Positions 38,052 to 48,100 of a stretch of DNA of 64,000 nucleotides are shown piece by piece. The stretch lies in the NCBI GenBank assembly GCA_027081275.1, contig JALWKV010000046.1:2315-66314 (forward strand), written 5' to 3'. Each line of letters begins with the position of its first letter. Position 1 is the stretch's first letter. Made by a program: the position numbers and the translations under genes. The notes under the pieces were generated by a model that was given only the letters and a program-made list of their open reading frames with translations, had not been told where the DNA came from and did no database searches. Origin of the DNA: Gammaproteobacteria bacterium. Its GTDB lineage: Bacteria; Pseudomonadota; Gammaproteobacteria; UWMA-0217.

Positions 38052-39230
38052 ATGGCGGAACACTTGCTGATCGTCGCCGGAGAGCCCTCCGGCGACATGC
38101 ACGCCGCCCATATCGTCACCGCGCTGCGCGGGCTGCGCCCGGATATCGGCATCGACGCCATGGGGGGCGAGGCGCTGCGCGGCGCGGGGGCGAACATCAT
38201 CGTCGACAACCGCGATCTGGCCGTGGTCGGGCTGGTCGAGGTCATCAGCCACTATCCCGTCATCCGTCGGGCGCTCAAGCGTCTGCAACGACAGCTCGAG
38301 ACCTCGCCACCGGACCTGCTGGTGCTGGTGGACTACGTCGAGTTCAATCTCAAGCTGGCGCGTCATGCCAAGGCGCTCGGCGTGCCGGTACTGTTCTACG
38401 TCAGCCCGCAGGTCTGGGCCTGGCGACCGGGACGGGTGAAGAAGATCGGCGCCAGCATCGACATGATGGCGGTCATCTTCCCCTTCGAGACCCGCTTCTA
38501 TCGCGAGCACGGCATTCCGGTGCGCTATGTCGGCAATCCGCTGGTGGGCAAGGTGCGGGCATCGCGGCCCGCCGAGACGGTCGCCGATGCGCTCGGCCTG
38601 GACCGCTCAGGCCCTGTCGTCGGCCTGCAACCGGGCAGTCGTCGCAGCGAGCTGGCGCGCCTGTTGCCGCTTTTTCTCGACACGGCGCGACGGATTCGCG
38701 CATCGCTGCCGGCAGCGCAGTTCGTTTTGCCGGTGGCGCCGGGACTGGACCGCGCCGCAATCGCGGCGCAGATCCCCGACGACCTGCCCGTTGCCGTCAG
38801 CGATGACTTCGGCGCCTACGACGTGATGCAGCTTTGCGACGCCATCGTCACCGCTTCCGGCACGGCGACGCTCGAAACGGCGCTGATGGGCGTGCCGATG
38901 GTCATCGCCTACCGGGTGTCGCCGCTGAGCTATCAGATATTCCGCCGCATGATCCGCATTCCCGATATCGGGCTGGTCAATATCGTCGCCGAGCAACGCA
39001 TCGTCGATGAATTCATCCAGCACGACGCCACGGCGGAGAATATCGCCGCCGCCACGCTGCGGCTGCTGCGCGACGATGAGGCCCGCGAGCGGCTGCGGCA
39101 AGGGTACGAGGCGGTTCGGCGCAAACTGGGCGGGCTGGAGGGATCGACCGAGATGGCCCGTCTCATCGACGACATGCTCGACGGACGAACGCCGGAACTG
39201 TCCTGCCATCAACGCAGACGTAACACTTGA
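38052..39230 (+). CDS. lpxB: Lipid-A-disaccharide synthase
   Basis: 392 aa; LLIVAGEPSGDMHAAHIV N-terminus and GT-B fold features typical of LpxB. Confidence 0.9.
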   Translation: MAEHLLIVAGEPSGDMHAAHIVTALRGLRPDIGIDAMGGEALRGAGANIIVDNRDLAVVGLVEVISHYPVIRRALKRLQRQLETSPPDLLVLVDYVEFNLKLARHAKALGVPVLFYVSPQVWAWRPGRVKKIGASIDMMAVIFPFETRFYREHGIPVRYVGNPLVGKVRASRPAETVADALGLDRSGPVVGLQPGSRRSELARLLPLFLDTARRIRASLPAAQFVLPVAPGLDRAAIAAQIPDDLPVAVSDDFGAYDVMQLCDAIVTASGTATLETALMGVPMVIAYRVSPLSYQIFRRMIRIPDIGLVNIVAEQRIVDEFIQHDATAENIAAATLRLLRDDEARERLRQGYEAVRRKLGGLEGSTEMARLIDDMLDGRTPELSCHQRRRNT

Positions 39231-39557
39231 TTACACTCCCCCCATGCGAGCGACCAAACTCCTGTAGACAGCTGTGACGCGGTTCAACTAATCTATGCAG
39301 ACAAACATATAGCATTCTAATTACTTGGGTTTTTACTGCTCGCCGCGGAACAGCCCAGCCGTAACTCAGGGATGACGCACGGGGCACTGGAGGCCCGGTG
39401 AAAGCCATTCCAGTGTAAACCCGGCCCGCAGAGGCCACGGAAGCGTTGTCGAGAACCGCCACACACCAGACGGATTCCGGTCGTGCATGCGGGCAACAGG
39501 CAGCCACGCCAATCCTCTTCCCTTCTGGCAGTCACTGAGGGGGATACGGGAACGGGC

Positions 39558-42500
39558 ATGAGCGTCATCGGGTCAGCATCAAGAAGAATGAAATCCTACT
39601 ATTCGCCATCCCCTCCGCGCCGTCAGCCCAATGACGCGGACGACAGACAGGGGAGCAACAGATGGGGTCTGTTGATCCTGGCGCTGATCGCCGGCGCCAT
39701 CATCATGCTGCTGGTCAGCTCGATCCCGCTGACGGTGGAACAGCAGACGCTGTTCGTCCTCGCCTCGCTCGGCCTGTCGCTGCTACTGCGGCCACAGAAC
39801 GAGCTGGCCCGCTACCGGGTCATCGTCTTGATCCTCATCTCCTGCATCGCCACCGGGCGCTACATCTTCTGGCGCCTGACCGAATCGCTGGGCTGGTTCG
39901 ATCCCAATCTCGAACTCACCTTTCTCGACTATCTCTTCTCCGCCGGCCTGCTGCTGGCGGAGATCTACGCCTGGATCGTGCTCTACCTCGGCTATTTCCA
40001 GACCGTCTGGCCACTGCGCCGCGACATTCGCGAACTGCCCGAGGACGACGAGCAGTGGCCTAGCGTCGATGTCTTCATCCCCACCTACAACGAACCGCTG
40101 AACGTGGTGGCGCCGACCGTGCTGGCGGCGCTCGATCTCGACTGGCCGCAGGACAAGCTCAACGTCTATCTGCTGGACGACGGCTGCCGCGAGGAGTTCG
40201 CCGCATTCGCCGATGAAGCGGGCGCCGAGTACATCGAGCGCGAGGGCAGCGAGGGTGCCAAGGCCGGCAACATCAACAACGCGCTGGCGCAGACCGATGG
40301 CGATCTGGTCGCCATCTTCGACAGCGACCACGTCCCGACGCGCAACTTCCTGCTCGATACGGTCGGCTGGTTCCTGCACGACAACGACCTCGGCCTGCTG
40401 CAGACGCCCCACCTCTTCTATACCCCCGATCCGGTGGAGCGGAACCTGCAGGTTTTCCACCAGGTGCCGAACGAGGGCCAGCTCTTCTACGGCCTCGTCC
40501 AGGACGGCAACGACTCCTGGAACGCCGCCTTCTTCTGCGGCTCCTGCGCCATCATCCGCCGCGACGCGCTGGAGGAGGTCGGCGGCGTCGCCACCGATAC
40601 CGTCACCGAGGACGCCCACACCTCGCTGCTGATCCAGAAGAAGGGCTGGAACTCGGCCTACCTCAATACCCCGCTGGCCGCCGGACTCGCCACCGAGCGG
40701 CTCTCGGCCCACATCGGCCAGCGCCGGCGCTGGGCGCGCGGCATGCTGCAGATCTTCCGCAAGGACAATCCACTGCTGGCCCGTGGCCTGACGCTGGCGC
40801 AGCGGCTCTCCTATTTCAACGCGATGTTGCACTTCCTCTTCAGCCTGCCGCGCATCGTCTTTCTCACCGCGCCACTGGCCTATCTCTATTTCGAGGCCTA
40901 CGTCATCCAGGCCTCGGCGGTGCTGATCGCCATCTACGCCCTGCCCCATATCTTCCAGGCGCAGGTGGCCAACTCGGTGATGCAGGGGCGCTATCGCCAC
41001 AGCTTCTGGGCCGATGTCTACGAGACCATCCTCTCGCCACATCTGGTGCGCCCAACGCTGACGGCGCTGATCGCGCCCGACAAGGGCAGCTTCAACGTCA
41101 CCGACAAGGGCGGCGTCGTCAAGGAAGACTTCTTCGACTGGAAGTCGGCCAAATTCATCTTCCTGCTGCTGGTTCTCAATCTGGTGGGACTGGGCTTCGC
41201 CTTTGTGCGCCTGTTCTGGTGGAATCCCGACGAGACCGGCACGGTACTGATCAATCTGGCCTGGACCGTCTACAACAGCATAATCCTCGGCGCCGCCATC
41301 AGCGTCGCCTGGGAAAAGCGGCAGCGGCGCGAAGAGCCGCGCGTCCACCGCAAGTACGACGCCTTCGTCCGTCTGCCCAACGGCAAGCGAATCCGCGCCG
41401 AGACCCGCGACTTGGCGCTCTCCAGCCTCAGCCTGCATGTGCCGCCCGACCTGCGCATCGAGCACGGCGACAATATCAGCATCGAGATCACCGATGGCAA
41501 CCACAGCGCCAGCTTCGCCGGCACCGCCGTCACCATCGCGCCCCGCCACCTCGGCGTGAAACTGGCGCCGATGCCGGCCTGGGAGCAGCAGGAGCTGATC
41601 TATTTCAGCCACGGTCGCGAGCACTGCTGGGACGACTGGTATACCGCCTGCGAACCGAGCAAGCCACTGGCGTCGTTTCTGGAGATCATCCGCCTCGGCA
41701 TCATCGGTGCCATTCGCGCCGTCTTCGGCCACTCCGACGACCCGGAAGTCAATGCCCGGCGTCTGCGCCGCCTTCGCGCCGCCGCCTCCGGCGCGCTGAT
41801 TCCCTTGAGCGCGCTGTTGGCGACGCCGGGCGAGCTGCGCGCCGAAACCGCGACGCCACCAGTGGCCGAGACCGCCGAACCGGCGCCGCGCCCCCCTTCC
41901 GGCTTCGCCGAAACCCGCACTCTCAGCTTCGCCGATCTCGGCGTCGAGCGACCGCTCAAGCTGCGCGGCGGCAACTCGCAGGACGATGTCTGGTTCCACG
42001 TCCGCGCCGATCGCATCGTCAAGCAGGGCGAGTTACGGCTGCAATACAGCATCGCCAGCGAACTGCTGGAAGATTTCACCGATGTCGCCATCACCCTCAA
42101 CGGCCAGCCGGTCGCCACCATACCGATCACCCCGGAGAACGTCGACCGGCCACTGGTGGATGTCTTCGCCATCGACCGGCTCAACTTCAGCGATCTCAAC
42201 CAGCTTGCCTTCCGCCTCGTTCCGCGCGACGAGGAAAACTGCGAAAAACTCGACACCGAGGCCATCAGCGTCGAGATCCAGCCACGGAGCGAGATCGTGC
42301 TACACATGAATCCGCTCGACCTGATCAACGATCTGGCGCTCTTCCCGGTGCCGTTCTACGACTTCCGCGACGACGGGAAACTGGTGCTGCCCTTCCTGTT
42401 CGGAGAAAAGCTCGGCCAGTCGCTGCCGGCGTTGAAGGCCGGCGCAGTGCTCGCCTCCTGGTTCGGTGCCAAGGCGGACTACCTCGGCGCCAGCTTTCCC

Positions 42501-44051
42501 GTCTACACCAGCCCGATCCCGCTGCAGCACGCCGTCGTCTTTCGCACGCCCGGCTCGCAGTTTGCCGGGCTGTCGTCCCGTCCCATCGAAGGCCCGTCGG
42601 TGGAGGTGCTGAGCCATCCACTGGAGTCGTCGATCAAACTGCTGTTGGTCTCCGGCCGGACGCCCGAGGAGCTGGTCATTGCCGTGGAGGGGCTGGTCTC
42701 CGGTCAGCTCGAACTGCACGGCAGCCAGATCAGCGTCGATACCGACGCCTTCAGCATCGCGCCGCGCAAACCCTACGACGCGCCCCGCTGGCTGCATGAC
42801 CAAGACAAGACCTATCTGAGCGAACTGATCGCGCCCGGCAAACTGATCGCGCGGGGGATTTCGCCGAAGACCATCCGCATCAACTTCCGCATGGCGCCCG
42901 ACCTGTTGATCTGGCAGAACGAGAGGGTGCCACTGCATCTGGGCTACAGCTATAGCGACCTGCCGCTTCAGCCCGGCAGCACGCTCGACATCGGCCTCAA
43001 CGGCGACTGGCTGGCGAGCTATTCACTCGACGGCCAGTCCGGCAAGCGGCCCGAGATCGATGCCGAGACCAGCGAAGCCGAGGCGCCGATGATCCGCAAG
43101 CAGACCATCGTCGAGCTGCCGGTGCGCCGCATGATCGGCCTCAACCAGATCAGCTTCTACCCCAACCTCATCCTGCCCGAGGAGGCCGCGCGTCAGTGCG
43201 CCGACATCTATGTGCGCCACATGACCACGGCCATCGACCGCGATTCCTACATCGACCTCAGCGACCACTACCACTTCGCGCGACTGCCCGATCTGGCCAA
43301 GTTCGCCAACCTCGGTTTCCCCTTTACCCGCTATGCCGATCTGCAGGAGACCGCGGTCATCCTGCCCGCCGCGCCGGACAACGACGAGATCCAGTTCCTG
43401 CTCAACGTTATGGGCATCACCGGCGCGGCCACCGGCTTTCCCGCCTTCGGCGTCACCCTGCTCTACCCCGATGACGTCGACGCCGCGGCGGAGAAGGACA
43501 TCCTGCTGATCGGCAGCGACGATCGCCAGCCGCTGGCCGAGCGCTGGCGCGACCACATGGCGCTGAACCGCGACGGCGAGGGCAACTGGACGCTGCGCGA
43601 GCTCTCCCTCTTCGAGCGGCTGTCGCTGTGGTGGAAAGGCGAGAAGCTGGAAGACCTGACCTCGGCGGCCCGCATCATCGAGGCCAACAGCGGCGACATG
43701 ACGGCACTGAGCGGATTCCAGTCGCCACTCGACAGCGACCGCTCGGTGGTGATGCTCGTCTCCAGCTCGCCGGCCTATCTGCGGCAGCTCAACGAGGCAC
43801 TCTCCGAGCCGAAGCGACTGGCGCTGATCCAGGGCGACCTGACGGTGTTCTCGGGCGACATCATACGCGGCTTCCGCGTCCTGCCCAGCTACTATCTCGG
43901 CGACCTGCCGTGGTACACGAAAATCCGCTGGTATCTCTCCACCCACATACTGGCGATGATTCTGCTGACGCTGGTGACGATTCTGGTCATCGCGCTGGCG
44001 CTGAAACTGCTGCTGTCGGAGCATGCCCGTGAACGTGTCGCCAGCCGTTAG
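39558..44051 (+). CDS. bcsAB: Fused cellulose synthase catalytic subunit BcsA and periplasmic subunit BcsB (BcsAB fusion; start set at Met 39558)
   Basis: GT2 motifs (DDGCREEF, DSDHVP, TEDAH, QRRRWARG = QxxRW), PilZ-type c-di-GMP site (RREEPRVHRKYDAF), then ~800-aa BcsB-like region with C-terminal TM anchor. Confidence 0.85.
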   Translation: MSVIGSASRRMKSYYSPSPPRRQPNDADDRQGSNRWGLLILALIAGAIIMLLVSSIPLTVEQQTLFVLASLGLSLLLRPQNELARYRVIVLILISCIATGRYIFWRLTESLGWFDPNLELTFLDYLFSAGLLLAEIYAWIVLYLGYFQTVWPLRRDIRELPEDDEQWPSVDVFIPTYNEPLNVVAPTVLAALDLDWPQDKLNVYLLDDGCREEFAAFADEAGAEYIEREGSEGAKAGNINNALAQTDGDLVAIFDSDHVPTRNFLLDTVGWFLHDNDLGLLQTPHLFYTPDPVERNLQVFHQVPNEGQLFYGLVQDGNDSWNAAFFCGSCAIIRRDALEEVGGVATDTVTEDAHTSLLIQKKGWNSAYLNTPLAAGLATERLSAHIGQRRRWARGMLQIFRKDNPLLARGLTLAQRLSYFNAMLHFLFSLPRIVFLTAPLAYLYFEAYVIQASAVLIAIYALPHIFQAQVANSVMQGRYRHSFWADVYETILSPHLVRPTLTALIAPDKGSFNVTDKGGVVKEDFFDWKSAKFIFLLLVLNLVGLGFAFVRLFWWNPDETGTVLINLAWTVYNSIILGAAISVAWEKRQRREEPRVHRKYDAFVRLPNGKRIRAETRDLALSSLSLHVPPDLRIEHGDNISIEITDGNHSASFAGTAVTIAPRHLGVKLAPMPAWEQQELIYFSHGREHCWDDWYTACEPSKPLASFLEIIRLGIIGAIRAVFGHSDDPEVNARRLRRLRAAASGALIPLSALLATPGELRAETATPPVAETAEPAPRPPSGFAETRTLSFADLGVERPLKLRGGNSQDDVWFHVRADRIVKQGELRLQYSIASELLEDFTDVAITLNGQPVATIPITPENVDRPLVDVFAIDRLNFSDLNQLAFRLVPRDEENCEKLDTEAISVEIQPRSEIVLHMNPLDLINDLALFPVPFYDFRDDGKLVLPFLFGEKLGQSLPALKAGAVLASWFGAKADYLGASFPVYTSPIPLQHAVVFRTPGSQFAGLSSRPIEGPSVEVLSHPLESSIKLLLVSGRTPEELVIAVEGLVSGQLELHGSQISVDTDAFSIAPRKPYDAPRWLHDQDKTYLSELIAPGKLIARGISPKTIRINFRMAPDLLIWQNERVPLHLGYSYSDLPLQPGSTLDIGLNGDWLASYSLDGQSGKRPEIDAETSEAEAPMIRKQTIVELPVRRMIGLNQISFYPNLILPEEAARQCADIYVRHMTTAIDRDSYIDLSDHYHFARLPDLAKFANLGFPFTRYADLQETAVILPAAPDNDEIQFLLNVMGITGAATGFPAFGVTLLYPDDVDAAAEKDILLIGSDDRQPLAERWRDHMALNRDGEGNWTLRELSLFERLSLWWKGEKLEDLTSAARIIEANSGDMTALSGFQSPLDSDRSVVMLVSSSPAYLRQLNEALSEPKRLALIQGDLTVFSGDIIRGFRVLPSYYLGDLPWYTKIRWYLSTHILAMILLTLVTILVIALALKLLLSEHARERVASR

Positions 44052-45156
44052 CGCCGCCCTCATCGCCGGCGCGCTGGTGGCGCTGACGCCCGCGCCGACG
44101 CCCGCCTCCGCCGCCAGCACGGTGACCCACGAGGCGTCACGGTGGCCCCAGTGGCAAGCCTACAGGGAGCGCTTCATCCAGCAGGACGGCCGCGTCATCG
44201 AACACTCCCAGCAGAGCCGCACCACATCCGAGGGGCAGGCCTACGCCCTGTTCCACGCGCTGGTGGCCAACGACCGCGCCATGTTTGCGCGCCTGCTCGA
44301 CTGGACCGTGAAAAACCTCGCTCAGGGCGACCTGTCGCGGCATCTCCCGGCCTGGCTGTGGGGCCGGCGTGACGACGGCAGCTGGGGCGTCATCGACGCC
44401 AACGCCGCCAGCGATGCCGACATGTGGCTGGCCTGGACACTGGTGGAGGCCGGCGAACGCTGGCGCATCGACCATTACCGCCAGCTCGGCGAGCGCCTGC
44501 TGCGACTGATCGAGCGGAAGGAGACGACCCGACTCCCGGAGCTCGGCGCGATGCTGCTGCCTGGCCCGCGGGGCTTCCATCCCGACGAACACCACTGGAA
44601 GCTCAACCCCTCCTATCTGCCATTGCAGCTGATGCGGCGTTTCGCCCGTGTCGGCAACGCCGGACTTTGGGACGAGATCGCCGCCAACACCGTGACGCTG
44701 ATCGAGCGCGCCAGCGCCGACGGCATCGTGCCGGACTGGGTGATCTATCGCGACGACGGCACGCTGCGGGCTGACGACAAGTCACCGCGCGGCGAGATCG
44801 GCTACGACGCCATCCGCGTCTATCTCTGGGCCGGCATGCTGCCGCCGACGGAGCCGCTGCGCTCCCGCCTGCTGCGACTGCTGAACCGCAATTGCGGCGA
44901 CCGGCTCGTCGCCTCCGCTGGCGACGCCCCCGGCATTCGCATCGCGCTGGCGCCGCTGATGAAGACCACCGGCAACCACCAGTGCCTGAGCCGGCTGGTG
45001 CGGATGGTAGACCACGCTTGGCGCGATGGCCTGCTCGGCGACCCGGCCCGCTACTACGACCAGAACCTGTCGATGTTCGCGCTGGCGTGGCTGGAGAAAC
45101 GTTTTGCATTCAAGGCAGACGGAGGTCTGTGGATCGGTGACCATGAAACTCGCTAG
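44023..45156 (+). CDS. bcsZ: Endo-1,4-beta-glucanase BcsZ (GH8)
   Basis: Signal peptide; TSEGQAYALFHALVAND (GH8 catalytic Glu region). Overlaps bcsAB 3' end by 29 nt. Confidence 0.8.
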   Translation: MPVNVSPAVSAALIAGALVALTPAPTPASAASTVTHEASRWPQWQAYRERFIQQDGRVIEHSQQSRTTSEGQAYALFHALVANDRAMFARLLDWTVKNLAQGDLSRHLPAWLWGRRDDGSWGVIDANAASDADMWLAWTLVEAGERWRIDHYRQLGERLLRLIERKETTRLPELGAMLLPGPRGFHPDEHHWKLNPSYLPLQLMRRFARVGNAGLWDEIAANTVTLIERASADGIVPDWVIYRDDGTLRADDKSPRGEIGYDAIRVYLWAGMLPPTEPLRSRLLRLLNRNCGDRLVASAGDAPGIRIALAPLMKTTGNHQCLSRLVRMVDHAWRDGLLGDPARYYDQNLSMFALAWLEKRFAFKADGGLWIGDHETR

Positions 45157-48100
45157 GAGAGGAAAACGCATCGGCCTGCTGCTGGCACTGTCGAGCCTGC
45201 CGGCGCTCACCGCCATGGCGGCGAGCCAGCCAGGGGACATCCAGCAGCTGCTGGTGCAGGGGCACTACTGGGTCGGCCAGGGCCACCCCGATCTGGCCAT
45301 CGCCGCCTGGGAGAAGGTGCTGCTCACCGATCCCGACAACGCCGAAGCGAAGAACGCGCTGCGGGAGCTGAAGGACTTCCACCCCTCGCTGATCGACCAG
45401 ACCAAGCTCGCGCTGGCGCGCAAGCTGGCGCGGCAGCACAAGTACGCCGACGCGCTGAAAATGTACAAGCTGGCGTTTGCCGGCGGCACGCCCAACAGCT
45501 TCTACGCCGCCGAATACTACGAGACGCTCAGCGGCACGCGCGGCGGCTGGAAGACCGCCGTCAAGGCGCTGTCCGAGTTGGTGCGCAAGTATCCTTCCAA
45601 CCCCTACTACAGGCTGGTTCACGCCCGCGTCCTCACCTATCACGAGTCGACGCGCCGCGACGGCATCGCCACGCTCGAGCAGATGGCCGGCGACGACAGC
45701 CTCGACCGCGAGATTCGCGCCAGGGCCGACGAGGCCTGGAAGAACGCCCTGCTCTGGCTGCCCGGCATCAGCAAGGATCGGGCGCTCTACGAGCGCTATC
45801 TCGCCAGGCATGCCGACGATGCCGAAATTCGCGACCGGCTGGCCAATCTCGACCGCATCGGCAAGCACAACACGCTGCAACAGGCCTGGGATCTGCTGGA
45901 GAAGGGTGAAGCGGAAAAGGCCGATATCATCTTCTCCCGCCTGCTGCGCAACGCGCCGGACAACGCCGATATCCACGCCGGTCTCGGCGTCGCGCGGATG
46001 AAACTGCAACGCTTCTCCAGCGCCGCCGAACATCTGGAAAAGGCGCTCGCGCTGGCGCCGGAGGCGCATCCGGAGCTGCAACCGCTACTGGAGGAGGCGC
46101 AGTTCTGGGCCCGCTACAAGGCGGCGGAGCAGGCCATGAAGCGGGGCCGCTACCGCGAAGCCCTGAAACGCCTCGACGAGGCGGCCCAGCGCCGCCCCGA
46201 CAGCTTCGAGGTGCTGCTGCTGCGCGCCGCCATCGAGGCGCGGCGCGGCAACATCCGCACCGCCAGCAACCTCTACGACGAAGCCCTGCAGCGCCGCCCC
46301 GACAGCCGTGACGCGCGGCGCGGCCTGCTGCAACTGCTGATCCAGTCCGGCGACGAGGCCGCCGCGCTGCGGCTGTTGCGCAAGCATCACCTTTCGGAAA
46401 CCGAGTTCCGCAAGGCGCGCAACCGCATCAGGGCCGAAAGGCTGCGCCAGCAGGCGCGCCTGGCCGACGACCGGCGCAGCGCCATCATCGACCTGCGCAA
46501 GGCGCTGGAACTCACCCCCGAAAACGCCTGGCTGCGGCTGGAGCTGGCGCGCCTGCTGACCGCGGAGGGGCAGGATCACGAGGCGCGCGACCTGTTCGAC
46601 GGCTATCTCCACAGTTTCCCCGGCGACGACGAGGCCCACTTCGCCGCGGCCATCTTCCACGCCGAGAACGGTCGGCAGGCCGAGGCGCTGGCGCAGATGG
46701 AGGCGATTCCGGCAGCGCACAAGAGCGAGGCGCAACTGCTGTTCGAGCAGCGCCTGCGCGCGCGGCTGCAACTGGAAAAGGCAAAGCAGCTGATCGCCGC
46801 CGGCGACTACCACGCCGCCCGGCTGGTGGCCGAAAAGCTGCAACGGGATACCGACGACCCGATGGTCGCGCTGATCCATGCCGAGCTGCTGGCGCGCATC
46901 GGCGAGGAGAAGGATGCGCTGTGGCAGGCCCGCAACGCCTGGAAATCGGCGCAGGACGACACCGGCGCGGCGCAGCAATACGCCACTGTGTTGCTATTGA
47001 CCCACCAGTATCAGGCGCTCGACCAGCTGTTGATGGCGCTCAGGCGCCGCCCCGGCCTGACGCCCGCCGATGAGAGCGCCCTTGCCCGGCTGCGGCTCGG
47101 GCTCGAGCTGGAGCTGGCCGACAATCTGCGCAAATCCGGCGACTACAATGCCGCCTGGCGGCAGCTGCTGCCCTTCCTGCCGGCCCAGGCCGACCATTCC
47201 GCGCTGCGCACGCTGCTGGCCAGCATCTACCACGACGCCGGCAACGACGAGATGGCGCTGCGGCTCTATCAGGAGGAATTCGCCCGCCACCCGGACAACC
47301 GCGACGCCTGGGGAGGCGCGGCGGGCGCGGCGATGGCGCTCGGCGACAATGCGCTCGCGGCGTCGCTGATCGAACAGGGACTGGAACACAACCCCGACGA
47401 TCCGGTGCTGCTGGTGCAGCGGGCGCAACTCGACTATCTGCGCGGTCGCCGCCAGTCCGCGCTGGCCGATCTCGACAATGCGCTGGCCCAGGCCGAAACA
47501 GCGCCGCACGGCATTCGCCAGCGGCTCGCCGAACAGTTTCCCATGCCCAAAGCAGCGGCAACGCCGGTGGCCGTCGACGACAACACGCCGTGGGCGCGCG
47601 AGGCGTTGGCGCTGAAGCAACGCATCGCGGCCGAAACCGCCACCACGCTGACTGTCGGCACGGCGCTGCGCCAGCGCAGCGGCACGGCCGGCCTCGACGA
47701 ACTCACCACAGTGGCGCTGCCACTCGAGTGGCGCAGCGCCCTCAACGCCGACATGCACTGGGGGCTGCGACTGACGCCGACCCTGCTCGACGCGGGCGCC
47801 GCGAGCGCCGCCGAGGCCCATCTGCTCGGCAGCGAGGCGACCGGCGTTCCGGCCGCCAGTGACGACCTCAGCGACGAGGGGGCACAGGTTTCGCTGTTCT
47901 ACGAAGGCCGCCAGTGGGACGCCGATGTCGGCATCTCCGGCGCCGGACTGCTGCGGAACAACGTGGAGGGGCGCATCGCCTGGAAGCAACAGGATTTCGA
48001 CAACCAGCTTATCGTCGCGGCGGAACGCCGCACGCTGCGGGAAACGCTGCTGTCATGGGCCGGCCTCAAGGATGACCAGACCGGCATCGAATGGGGCGGC

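Noticed and set aside
39231-39557. c-di-GMP riboswitch upstream of bcsAB
   Set aside because: Stems exist, but I could not match the GEMM-I/II conserved loops or tetraloop-receptor features by eye. Left as a low-priority check inside the bcs finding.
39783-41999. 738-aa minus-strand ORF antisense to bcsAB. The same applies to 16003..18132(+), 23578..25896(-), 30542..33643(+), 5427..7292(+), 36701..38245(-), 54680..56062(-), 9289..10680(+), 11294..12970(+)
   Set aside because: Long stop-free antisense frames are expected at ~65% GC. The translations are Arg/Ala/Gly/Pro-rich with no motifs. Each lies opposite a gene with strong homology-based support.
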